From the IMG/VR virus record IMGVR_UViG_3300048585_000035, positions 1 to 41,341 of that record: a DNA stretch of 41,341 nt. One strand, written 5' to 3'. Positions 16,960-25,811 of this stretch are shown here, one piece after another. Source of the stretch: a virus. Taxonomy: Duplodnaviria; Caudoviricetes. The notes beneath the pieces were generated by a model. It saw nothing but the letters and a program-made list of their open reading frames with translations, had not been told where the DNA came from and did not search any database. How positions within the stretch are numbered: the first letter of the stretch is position 1; each line of letters begins with the position of its first letter. A program made the position numbers and the translations under genes.

Positions 16960-18539
16960 CTACCCGTGCGATTGTCCGGCTTGATCTGTCCCGTGATCCG
17001 TTCCAGGCGAGACTGGGCAGCCTGCAACTGGCGAGTGGTCCTCGCAATCGCTTCGTCCCGGCCTTTCGTACCGTACGGAATCATGGTCTTCTCGGCCAAG
17101 GTAGCCTCAAGCGACTTCACCTCAGCCTCGAGCACAGCCTTCTTCGCGGCCGGCGTGGATTCGTACTGCTTGGCGATTTCCTTATCGACCGCTTCACCCG
17201 TCACCGCACTGCGCATGACGGCATTGATGGCTCGATCCACCTTGGCCGCTTCAGCAGCTGCCGCAGCTTCTCGCTGCGAAATGGTGAGCTGCAGGTTCTC
17301 GACGCTGCCGTACTTGGCGAACTCACCGTAACGCTTGATGAGTGAATCGACCTGATCGTTCTTCACTGACCATTCGCCATCGGCAAACGTGGCGTTACCA
17401 ATGGTTGCTGCAACCATCTCGACCGCATCATGACGTGCAATCTCCAAGCCTTCCTTGCGAGCAAGACGCTGAATGGCATCCGCACGCTGGTTGACATCCT
17501 TCGCTTCCCACTTCGAGCCCCACCAACCCTCGTTCAACTCCTTCTGGTGAGTCTCGAGGAACTTCTGGGCCTGCTGCTCTTCGGTGAGACCCTTGTAAGG
17601 GCTGGCAGCCGACTGGAGAGCCACCTGCTTGGCCACGTCGAACTGAGCCAGGTCGATGTTCTTGCGAGCATCGATGTCGGCCTTCGCAGCCGTGAAGCCG
17701 GAGATGACATCGCTGCGGCGGTAGCCATTGTCGTCGATCGTGTCGAGCTGTTCGGCAGTCGGCAGGTTCGACTTGATGGCGTTTGAGAAGTGTTCATCGC
17801 CCTTCAGTGCCAGGTGACCAACACCCCACTTCTTGGCGACTTCCATGTTGAGCTTGGCTCGGGCACCAGGCTCCATGTTGAAATTCTCGGGCTTCAACGC
17901 GAGGTCGTTCAGCTCAGCCAGGTAGCCCTGCTCAGCCTTCGACTGCTTCTCCATGCGAGCTTCACGAGCCGCACGAGCACGCTCGAGACCGAGGCGTTCC
18001 TTGTCGAGGTCGAACGACTTCTTCTCTTTCTGGTACTCGCGCCAAGCTTCTTGCGCGTAGATGCCTGCCTGCGTACCCGCCAGCGGATCGTCCGCAGCGA
18101 ACTCAGGAATCTTGCCGGTCTTGTCGATGTACTCGAAGCCCTTCGACGCAGCGAGAGCACCCAGGCGCTTGTCTTCGCGGTCCTTGAGTTCGCTCTGCGT
18201 CGCCTGACGCTGGAGAAGGTCGGTGGCGAGATTGGACTGGCGCACTTCCTCTTCACCCAACTGCTCCTTGCGAGCATTGGCGGCGGAAGCAATGGCCAAG
18301 GGATCGAACTGCCAGGTCTGAGGCGCAGCTGCAGCCACAGCCGTTGGATCCTGGGCATTGGCGATCTGAGCCACAGCGGCTCCAGTCGCAGCCTGTTGCA
18401 TCTCGTCACGGGCCGTCTTGAAGACGTTGCCCATGGTCTCGAAACCCTCACCTGCCTGCCGGCCGGAACGCAGCAGAGCCTCGATGGACAAGGCTCCCTG
18501 CGGAGAGTTGACGTTCTGCCAGGTGATCGGACGAGCCAT
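16953..18539 (-). CDS. Virion/ejection protein, N4 gp51-like
   Basis: MARPITWQNV N-terminus; helical Ala/Glu/Lys-rich; synteny next to the vRNAP. Confidence 0.75.
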   Translation of the reverse strand: MARPITWQNVNSPQGALSIEALLRSGRQAGEGFETMGNVFKTARDEMQQAATGAAVAQIANAQDPTAVAAAAPQTWQFDPLAIASAANARKEQLGEEEVRQSNLATDLLQRQATQSELKDREDKRLGALAASKGFEYIDKTGKIPEFAADDPLAGTQAGIYAQEAWREYQKEKKSFDLDKERLGLERARAAREARMEKQSKAEQGYLAELNDLALKPENFNMEPGARAKLNMEVAKKWGVGHLALKGDEHFSNAIKSNLPTAEQLDTIDDNGYRRSDVISGFTAAKADIDARKNIDLAQFDVAKQVALQSAASPYKGLTEEQQAQKFLETHQKELNEGWWGSKWEAKDVNQRADAIQRLARKEGLEIARHDAVEMVAATIGNATFADGEWSVKNDQVDSLIKRYGEFAKYGSVENLQLTISQREAAAAAEAAKVDRAINAVMRSAVTGEAVDKEIAKQYESTPAAKKAVLEAEVKSLEATLAEKTMIPYGTKGRDEAIARTTRQLQAAQSRLERITGQIKPDNRTGSW

Positions 18540-18541
18540 GG

Positions 18542-19093
18542 TTAACCACCCTTGCCGTACTTGGAACGATCGGTGAGCTGCGCCGCAGCCAATGCCGCCG
18601 CACGCTCAGCCTCGCTGTTGTACTGCCGACCAGCAATGCGGTCACCGACTTCGGTGTTGTACGCCTGCGTCTGGTTCGTCAGGTTGATGTTGAATTCCTT
18701 CTTCTGCTGCTTCAGCGCATCCTGGGCTGCACTCAGTCCCTTGAGACCGGTGTACGCCTGAAGACCGCCCGTCAGCATGTTGAAGCCGGCACCAATCAAC
18801 GGAGCGTTGTTGCCGAGGAAGCTGCCCAACTTGCCGCCGAAACCGGTAGCAGGGTCGAGGCCCACACCCCAACCGGTGAACTTGTACGGGTTGTTCCACT
18901 GGAACGAACCACCCTTGCCGATGTCACCCAGCTGCTCGAGATAGCTGCGGACAGCCGGATCGCTCACAGGGCTGAACGGCATAGACGGCGTCGGAGCGGC
19001 AGCTGGCTGGCTTGTGCTCATGAACTGATCCATGAACGACGGCACAGGCGGTGTTACCGGCCGCTGCCAAAAGGGAGTGTTCTCGTCAGCCAT
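18542..19093 (-). CDS. Virion protein, N4 gp52-like
   Basis: GL.AY.G.K....A...L..QK..F..N..NQ...YNT...DR pattern; synteny. Confidence 0.75.
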   Translation of the reverse strand: MADENTPFWQRPVTPPVPSFMDQFMSTSQPAAAPTPSMPFSPVSDPAVRSYLEQLGDIGKGGSFQWNNPYKFTGWGVGLDPATGFGGKLGSFLGNNAPLIGAGFNMLTGGLQAYTGLKGLSAAQDALKQQKKEFNINLTNQTQAYNTEVGDRIAGRQYNSEAERAAALAAAQLTDRSKYGKGG

Positions 19094-19122
19094 GGCAACA
19101 CCTCTCAGAGATACCCGGTAGG

Positions 19123-21405
19123 TTACGTGAGTCGGGGAGTGAGGGTCAACTCACTGAAGTGGGAAATAGGCATGGTCAACCGGTATGTTAAGCCATCAAC
19201 CAGAGTGAGTGTCCGACCGAGGAATTGATCGAGTGTTTCCTTGGGACCGAACATGGCTTGCTGAGCAAGGTTCTGCATCGGGTTCTCGGGGAACATCTCG
19301 TCCATGAGCTTCTTCAGCTCTTCCATCGGATTGTTGGGCGAGGCGATGTAGTCGTTCCACTGGGTCTGGGCTTGCTTCAGCTCCTCCATCTGGAACTGGG
19401 TGAACGTCGACAAGCCCATCAGAGCCATGCTGGTGAAATTGGCAACCTGCATGGGCAGGGTTGCAGCGGGGATGCTGACAATGTTCAGCCCCTCGAGCCC
19501 TGCACCGATGCCCCAGGTCATAAGGGCCACAGCGGCAATCTGCACGACTGCACCCCAGGCCGGACCCCACTGCTCTGCAGCCCATTCGCCGGCTTCCTTC
19601 GCAACGAACGACACACCCACTGCGATACCGACCAAGATGGCAGCGGTGATGACGGCAGCCAGTGCAGCAGCGACAGCCAATGGCACAGCGAATGGAATGA
19701 CCGCCAGGACGCTGGCATACAGACCGCCAATGAGCGGACCCAATGTGCCCCAGCTCAAGACGATGACCACGATGGCAATGATGGCTAGCACCACCTTGAA
19801 GAGACCGGTCTCGTACCACTTCTCCTTCACGATCTTGTAGCAGTTGAGCACCAGGTGAAATGCTTCCTGTGACAGCTGCAGGCGTTCTCGAGCCGACAAG
19901 CCAATCAGGACTTCGTACTCGAGCGGCAGGATGAAGCCACTGCCGAAATCGCCGTCAGGGTCGTTGAACGCAGCGTAGCCACTGCTCTGGATGTGCTTGG
20001 TCTTGTAGACGTAGTTCTCATGCCACAGGCCGCAGACGGTCAGCTCACCATAGGTGGACTCGGTCAGACGCTTGCGGAAGTAGATCTTCGTTGCGTCGAA
20101 CTCAACCTGCTTGAGGGCCTTTCCACCGTCATAGTTGGAGTTGAGGAACTCCTGTGTACCACACTCGACGGTGTACGCTTTCGGCAACGCACCGCTCTTC
20201 ACCTCGTAGGTGATGTAGCGCCACGAGATGATCATGTTCACGGATGCTTTCGTATCATCCGGATCCAGGATGTGAATGTACTGGGCCGGACAGCTCTCAG
20301 CCTTGCTCTTGCGGCCAGTCTGATTTCCATACTGAGCCACCCAGGCATCGAAGGCTGGTTTGTTGTTCGGGAAGCTCGTGTACAGCCGCTCGAAGTAGCG
20401 GTAGTGATACTCATGCACAGCCGTGTTCGGACTGTTCAGCATGGTTCCCGGCTGAAGGAAAGCGAAGTCGATCTTCTTCTCGTCGGGGTTGTCACGCAGC
20501 TTGTCGATGAGGCTCTGGATGTCGATGTCCATCCGATCGCCGTACACCTTGCTCGTCTTCCATGCAGCTGTGGTCTTCGCAGCCGTTCCGCCGTGAAACT
20601 GGTCTTCGTCGAGGTAGTACCGCTTCTTGTCGGAGATGGACTTCTTCAGCACGATGGCTGGAAACGTCCCACTCTGGGGAGTCTCGAGTGTGCGCAGGAA
20701 GATGTTCATGCGACCATCTGAGCCACCATACGCATAGTAGGCAGTGACCGAAGGGGCACTGTTCAGGCTGTACTCGTAGACGATGCGGTTCTGGACCGTT
20801 TCCTGGTTCAGGAACAGGGTCTCGAGATACCACTTGTTGATGATCACCGTGGAGGTGTCAGGGTTGGTGAACGTGAGTTTCCAGCCAAGATCATTCGGGT
20901 GATTCAGTTCGTCATCAGGCAACTGCTCATACTCGAGCGTGGCTCCCACTGCGATGCCGTTGTTCGCCTGGTAACACTCCTCTTCCCAGAAGTCATACTT
21001 GTAGTCGGCTTCGATCAGCTGCCGCACTCGAGTGTCGTGGTTGTTCCCGTAGGTCACCGTCACTGAGTTGAGAACAACCGTGTTGGTCAGCGGCGGATAG
21101 ACGCCGTCGAGGTATTCCTTGACGATGAGCGTGAGCTGGTCGTCGTTGGGTCCAGCTTCGATCGACGGAAAGCCAGTAGGCAAGCCGGCGTAGTAGTGCC
21201 GGCGTGCATAGTTGTAGCCCTGGGTGAGCTTGATGCCAGCGCCATCGAAGATCGCTCTGTCGATGGCTTTGGCTCTCGAGCTTCCTTCAAAACCAGCCTT
21301 GATCACTGCAGCCTTCACGATGTCAGGGATCTTCGTCGGATCCTCACCCAGAGGGTAAATCACCGACGATACGTAGATCTTTTCATCGCGGCTGAACAGT
21401 CCCAT
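19123..21405 (-). CDS. Virion structural protein, N4 gp53-like, with long hydrophobic segments
   Basis: MGLFS...IYVSSVIY N-terminus; KWYETGLFK followed by TM-like stretches; synteny. Confidence 0.8.
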   Translation of the reverse strand: MGLFSRDEKIYVSSVIYPLGEDPTKIPDIVKAAVIKAGFEGSSRAKAIDRAIFDGAGIKLTQGYNYARRHYYAGLPTGFPSIEAGPNDDQLTLIVKEYLDGVYPPLTNTVVLNSVTVTYGNNHDTRVRQLIEADYKYDFWEEECYQANNGIAVGATLEYEQLPDDELNHPNDLGWKLTFTNPDTSTVIINKWYLETLFLNQETVQNRIVYEYSLNSAPSVTAYYAYGGSDGRMNIFLRTLETPQSGTFPAIVLKKSISDKKRYYLDEDQFHGGTAAKTTAAWKTSKVYGDRMDIDIQSLIDKLRDNPDEKKIDFAFLQPGTMLNSPNTAVHEYHYRYFERLYTSFPNNKPAFDAWVAQYGNQTGRKSKAESCPAQYIHILDPDDTKASVNMIISWRYITYEVKSGALPKAYTVECGTQEFLNSNYDGGKALKQVEFDATKIYFRKRLTESTYGELTVCGLWHENYVYKTKHIQSSGYAAFNDPDGDFGSGFILPLEYEVLIGLSARERLQLSQEAFHLVLNCYKIVKEKWYETGLFKVVLAIIAIVVIVLSWGTLGPLIGGLYASVLAVIPFAVPLAVAAALAAVITAAILVGIAVGVSFVAKEAGEWAAEQWGPAWGAVVQIAAVALMTWGIGAGLEGLNIVSIPAATLPMQVANFTSMALMGLSTFTQFQMEELKQAQTQWNDYIASPNNPMEELKKLMDEMFPENPMQNLAQQAMFGPKETLDQFLGRTLTLVDGLTYRLTMPISHFSELTLTPRLT

Positions 21406-22490
21406 TACTGGTCACCAGGCGTGTTCCAGTCAGTGTCCTGAGACGGAGCGCCCGTGGCCGGCGTATCAGCCGAGACCATCGCGTTCGGCAGGCCCAAGTC
21501 GTTCATGTACTTGTTGGCAGCCATCATCAGGTTGCCAGCCAGCGGACCCGGACTCTGGACGGTGTCATCCAGCGCCTTGGCGGAAGTCCACAGGTCTGCA
21601 AGCACCTTCACGCCCTTGTTCTTGCCGTCGAGGACGTAGCTCTGGATCTGTTGCTGGTACAGCTGCTTCTGGATGCCGATCACACCAGCCACCGGGGTTG
21701 CATCGGTGTTGGTGTCGTAGGTCTGGGCACGCTGCACGTTGATCTGCGAGTCAATCAACGCCTGCTGCTTCACCGCAGTCGTCAGGGCCGCAGCCTTGAG
21801 GTCGAAGTCGCGGCTGGTATGACCACCCACCACACCGCCACCAGGCAGCGTGTTGTGTGTCTTGACGTACGCTTCGTCGTAGTTCGCCTCAGCCACAGCC
21901 TGCTGGGCTTCGAGGGTGTTGATCTGCTGCTGCGTCAGCACCAGCTGCATCTTGCCGTTGGCGTACGCAGTCTGAGCCGTGATGGAAGCCACCTGTGCAG
22001 TGTAGGCTTCGGCCTGTGCACGGAAGGCAGCGAGCTTGGCAATCTCCACCTCAGCGACCAGCTTGGCACGCTCGAGGTAGGCATTCTGTGCCTGGATCTG
22101 AGCCACCTTGGCAGCCCAGTAGGCTTGGTTCCCGGAGAGCAGGAACTGCACGGCCTGTGGCAGCGTCGCCTGAATGGCGGCGATGTACACTGAAGCCACA
22201 TCACTCTTGCTGATCAGGTTCTTGGTGTACTGACTCTCGATGTGCGAGGCCAGGGACGACATCATCTTGTCGAAGACACCGGTTCCAGCCACGGCACCGG
22301 ACGTAAGCTCGTCCACCGTGGGTGCGGAGATCTCTTCTTCAAGGTCGACGGGCAGGGTACCCACCGCAGGGATGGTCACAGCCGGGGGGCTGCCCAATGC
22401 AGGGATCGACGGGAGACCCGTGATGAGACCACTGAAAAGGGTGCCGGCCTCAGTCAGAGCTTCGGCTGGGGTGGTGTAGTCGACTGCCAT
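21405..22490 (-). CDS. Virion structural (tail) protein, N4 gp54-like
   Basis: LT.G.V.GTGVFDKMM..L..H and G.IG.QK.LY.QQI.SY motifs; synteny. Confidence 0.8.
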   Translation of the reverse strand: MAVDYTTPAEALTEAGTLFSGLITGLPSIPALGSPPAVTIPAVGTLPVDLEEEISAPTVDELTSGAVAGTGVFDKMMSSLASHIESQYTKNLISKSDVASVYIAAIQATLPQAVQFLLSGNQAYWAAKVAQIQAQNAYLERAKLVAEVEIAKLAAFRAQAEAYTAQVASITAQTAYANGKMQLVLTQQQINTLEAQQAVAEANYDEAYVKTHNTLPGGGVVGGHTSRDFDLKAAALTTAVKQQALIDSQINVQRAQTYDTNTDATPVAGVIGIQKQLYQQQIQSYVLDGKNKGVKVLADLWTSAKALDDTVQSPGPLAGNLMMAANKYMNDLGLPNAMVSADTPATGAPSQDTDWNTPGDQ

Positions 22491-22503
22491 GGGAAGTCCT
22501 CAA

Positions 22504-22540
22504 ATGAAATCGGGCCAAGGGAGGTGAGGCCCCTGGCCCG
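22504..22540 (-). terminator. Hairpin, possible weak terminator or processing site between gp55- and gp54-like genes
   Basis: CGGGCCA...TGGCCCG stem (22511-22540) followed on the minus strand by ATTTCATTT. Confidence 0.4.
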
Positions 22541-22559
22541 AGAGTGTAGCAGAACCGGT

Positions 22560-23096
22560 TTACTTGGCCAGTTCGTTGCCCTGAAGCTGCAACTTGGCCA
22601 GCTCCGCCAGCTCTTCCGGGGTCGGCATCGGATGGTACTGGATGGCGTACTTCTTCAGCCACTGCGTGTTGAGGCGCTCCGGCGTGCCGGGGACACCGGT
22701 CGGCACCATGGAACTGCGGCAGAACATCTGCGCCTCCATGTGCTGCACCAGGATCTTGGGCATGTACCACTTGTAGCCGAACGGGATGGCCTTGGTGATC
22801 TGTCCCAGCTTCCGGTTGCCGACACTGATCAACGCACCAGTGGTCTCTGCATCGGCCGGATCCATGGACGTGACGGTGATTGGGATCAACGCCAGGGCTT
22901 CCTTCAGGAGCCGCTCCTCGACCTGTGCTGGAGTTTCCTCCTTCGGCTTCGGGGCAGCGTTTTCGACCGTTTCCTTCTCGGAGAGGAACTTGTCGATGTT
23001 CTGCTGGATGGTCTCGGCCTTCTGCGCCGGATGGTACTGAACCCCCAGCTCCTTGGCTCGAGCACGTACTTCTTCGAGATCGAATTCAACGGTCAT
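22560..23096 (-). CDS. Conserved N4 gp55-like protein
   Basis: RARA.ELGVQYHP, IT.T.MDP and P.PTPEEL.ELA..Q motifs; start ATG 23096 with AGAGGA SD. Confidence 0.8.
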   Translation of the reverse strand: MTVEFDLEEVRARAKELGVQYHPAQKAETIQQNIDKFLSEKETVENAAPKPKEETPAQVEERLLKEALALIPITVTSMDPADAETTGALISVGNRKLGQITKAIPFGYKWYMPKILVQHMEAQMFCRSSMVPTGVPGTPERLNTQWLKKYAIQYHPMPTPEELAELAKLQLQGNELAK

Positions 23097-23124
23097 GAGT
23101 TGAGTCCTCTGTGATTGACGGTTC

Positions 23125-23153
23125 ATTATGCCGTCTAATCATTAAGAATTCAA
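23125..23153 (-). promoter_or_regulatory. Sigma70-type promoter restarting transcription after the capsid terminator
   Basis: Minus strand TTGAAT-N17-CATAAT in an AT-rich gap. Confidence 0.55.
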
Positions 23154-23156
23154 CGC

Positions 23157-23187
23157 AAAAGAAAAGGGCCGGTGTTTCCACCGGCCC
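23157..23187 (-). terminator. Rho-independent terminator after the major capsid gene
   Basis: GGGCCGGTG-GAAA-CACCGGCCC followed by TTTTCTTTT on the minus strand. Confidence 0.9.
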
Positions 23188-23209
23188 CCTTCTCACTCAC
23201 GGACCCAGG

Positions 23210-24430
23210 TTACACCGGGGCGACACCGCGGAGCAGGCCGATCCAGTCCGACCGCTCGATGAGCGTGCCGTAGTAGAACTGGATGGAGGCCAGACCCTTG
23301 TTGCCGTACGGGTTGTCGAGGGTGACCATGTCCTTACCAGGCGGCTTGATGACCAGGTTGAACTTCGGCGCTTCCGGCGAGTTCGTCTGGAAACCAATCG
23401 AGGTGAACGACTCCGCGCAGACCGCGAGGCAGTTGAACACATCGTACCGCGAGCTGGTCGCATAGTACCCAGGGTTCGCCGTGACCGAAGCACCGATCGG
23501 GCCAGTGGCCGAACCGTTGTGCTTGATCATTTCCTGGTGAACGATCACGCGGAAGCCAGCCACCGCACCGATCTCGCCCTCGAGAACCGTCGTCTGCGAC
23601 GCATACTTCTCGACCGGGACGAACATCTCGGTGTCGTTGCTGTTCTTCATTTCCATGAAGGTCGTGATCAGCTCGGGCGGGATGAACAGCGCACGGCTGC
23701 CATTGACGGTCGCCGTGTCCGTCAGGGTTGAACCCTTCAGGATGGTGAACCGCTTCGGGGCACGGTTGCTGTCCAGAGCGATGCTGAGGCGGATGACATC
23801 GTTGTAGTCGATGATCGCCGCACCAGCGCCTTCCGCCGAGACCGTCGCCAGCGACGTGGCAGTACCCGCGTAGCGGATGACACCAGCACCGTTGATGAGG
23901 TCGAGCTGCAGGAGGGCTTCCTTCAGCTGCTCGGCACCCTTCACCAGCTCGTCGGTGAAGTGCGTACGCATCGCCATGTCGCTGTCGAACTGCGTGCTCT
24001 CATCCGTCCAGTCAGCGAAGAAGCCGACTCGGGTGAGGCTCGCAGAGACCGCCGTACGGGTGATACCCACGCGGTTCACGCGATCGGCACCTTCCGTCAC
24101 GAGCGGGATCTTCGCGGTGATCACACCGAAGTCGCGGCTCGAGCCGTACAGGTTACCGTAGCCGGGGTTGCCGCCAGCCGCGCCCGTCAGAGCCGCACCA
24201 GAGGCGTCGATGCCCTGGAGGTTCTGGTTCAGGTCGCTGAGCAGCGGGTAGTAGCGGTACTTCGTGAACGTCTTGCCGTAGTGCGCCGGCTGGTTCTGGA
24301 CCGAAGAGAGCTTCGAGAAGTGAGAGTACTTCACCGCCTCGATGATCGCCTTGCGATTCAGGTACTTGACGACTTCCTGCGAACCGATGTCCGAAGGGGT
24401 GCCCGGAGGGGCATTGTATTCCATAGCCAT
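23210..24430 (-). CDS. Major capsid protein (N4 gp56-like)
   Basis: P.HYGKT...Y.PLL.D.N.N.QGIDA.G, GNLYGSSRD, EG..RVNRVG, GEIG.V..FR, PYG..G..SI.FYYG motifs. Confidence 0.95.
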   Translation of the reverse strand: MAMEYNAPPGTPSDIGSQEVVKYLNRKAIIEAVKYSHFSKLSSVQNQPAHYGKTFTKYRYYPLLSDLNQNLQGIDASGAALTGAAGGNPGYGNLYGSSRDFGVITAKIPLVTEGADRVNRVGITRTAVSASLTRVGFFADWTDESTQFDSDMAMRTHFTDELVKGAEQLKEALLQLDLINGAGVIRYAGTATSLATVSAEGAGAAIIDYNDVIRLSIALDSNRAPKRFTILKGSTLTDTATVNGSRALFIPPELITTFMEMKNSNDTEMFVPVEKYASQTTVLEGEIGAVAGFRVIVHQEMIKHNGSATGPIGASVTANPGYYATSSRYDVFNCLAVCAESFTSIGFQTNSPEAPKFNLVIKPPGKDMVTLDNPYGNKGLASIQFYYGTLIERSDWIGLLRGVAPV

Positions 24431-24448
24431 GATGCGTTACCTCAAGTG

Positions 24449-25522
24449 TCAGACTCGAAAAGTTTTCTTGAAGTTGACCATGAACGCATCATCGTCCAGC
24501 TCATTGAGGTCTTGCTTGGGCTTGGCACCGGGGGCAGAGCCCTTGGAGGGTGCGGCTGCAGCAGCCTGCTTTGAGTTGGCGGGAGGCGTCGGTTCAACCG
24601 TTTTTTCGGCCACAGGAGTTGGTGTGGGAGCTTTCGGGGTGAAAGCACCAGCCTGCATCATCTGTTGACCTACGCGGGTGTACGACTGGAGGAAGGACTC
24701 ACCGGGAGGAATCTGTCCAAGAATCCTGGCTCGGTTGAGTTCAGCCACGATCAGATCGTAGCGACCCATTTCCTTCTGCTCGGCCAGAACCTGAAGGACC
24801 GCAGGAGTCTTGTAGATCTCCGCCTTCGTTGTCTGGTCCCAAGCCTGGGCGTCAGTGAGCACCTTCTTTCCAGCTTCCGAGGCCGCAAGATCGGCTACTG
24901 TCTGCTGGAAAGCTACCTGCTCGTCTGTTACCCGGTGATCCGAAGGGGCGTAGGTGCTTGCCTCGGTCGAATCCAACGATAGTGGATCCACCTTCACTGA
25001 GTCAAGGAGTTTCTTGATGGCTCCCGTTTTCCCAGCTTGAGCGTCGATGAGGAGCGATAGCTTCTCTTCATCGAGGAGGTTGTTGTTCCGCAACATCTCG
25101 ACGTATCTCAGATCCTTGTGGATCCGATTGAGCTTCGAGTGGAAGCCCACGCCTTTCTGCACGAGGCTGATGACTTCCTCGGGCGTGTTCAGAACGATGT
25201 CCTGGCCAGCCGCACGAATGGGCTTGCCGAACAGCTGTTCGTAGATGGCCTTGTAATTCGGCTCCTGCGGCGGGGTCTCATCACCCTTCGGAGCCTCACC
25301 TTCAGCCGGCTTGGCAGCCTCGCCAGTGGGAGCCGGGGTTTCGGTTACAGGCGGTTCCGGCGTCTCAGTGGACTTGGCAACCGGTGTTTCGACCGGGGCC
25401 GGAGTCTCGGTGGGCGCAGGTGTCGGAGCAGGGGTCTCGCTGGCCTTGTCGATCTGTGCCTGGAGCTGCTTCTCCAGTTCAGGGGCTTGAGCAAGAAACT
25501 CTTCATCGGAGAGGGTAGGCAT
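24449..25522 (-). CDS. N4 gp57-like protein (scaffold-like; often annotated as tape measure)
   Basis: LSDEEF start, YEQLFGKPIRAAG, L.NN.LLDEEKLS.LID...G..AIKKL motifs; position upstream of the capsid gene. Confidence 0.75.
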   Translation of the reverse strand: MPTLSDEEFLAQAPELEKQLQAQIDKASETPAPTPAPTETPAPVETPVAKSTETPEPPVTETPAPTGEAAKPAEGEAPKGDETPPQEPNYKAIYEQLFGKPIRAAGQDIVLNTPEEVISLVQKGVGFHSKLNRIHKDLRYVEMLRNNNLLDEEKLSLLIDAQAGKTGAIKKLLDSVKVDPLSLDSTEASTYAPSDHRVTDEQVAFQQTVADLAASEAGKKVLTDAQAWDQTTKAEIYKTPAVLQVLAEQKEMGRYDLIVAELNRARILGQIPPGESFLQSYTRVGQQMMQAGAFTPKAPTPTPVAEKTVEPTPPANSKQAAAAAPSKGSAPGAKPKQDLNELDDDAFMVNFKKTFRV

Positions 25523-25809
25523 TACTGTCCATCCTTAATCAGCTGTTGGTAATTGATCAGATCCTGCTGAGCCTGCTCGGCTTCCACCAGTACTTTGTCA
25601 AGGTACCGTTGAAAGACGTTCACGCCCTTCAGGAACGTAAGGGTATCACTTTCGTGGGTGTTAATCCTACGGGAGTGGGTCAGCACCTCGTCCCGGAGGA
25701 ACCCATCGAGCACCAGGCTGCGGAAGTCGGGGTTGTTATTTGCAAGCGTATTAAGGGAAGCGCCCAGCCGAATTCGGCGGTAGCACTCCGCGATCTCTTT
25801 GTCGTACAT
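25522..25809 (-). CDS. N4 gp58-like hypothetical protein
   Basis: N.DFR.LVLDGFL.DE motif; between portal and gp57-like gene. Confidence 0.7.
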   Translation of the reverse strand: MYDKEIAECYRRIRLGASLNTLANNNPDFRSLVLDGFLRDEVLTHSRRINTHESDTLTFLKGVNVFQRYLDKVLVEAEQAQQDLINYQQLIKDGQ

Positions 25810-25811
25810 GG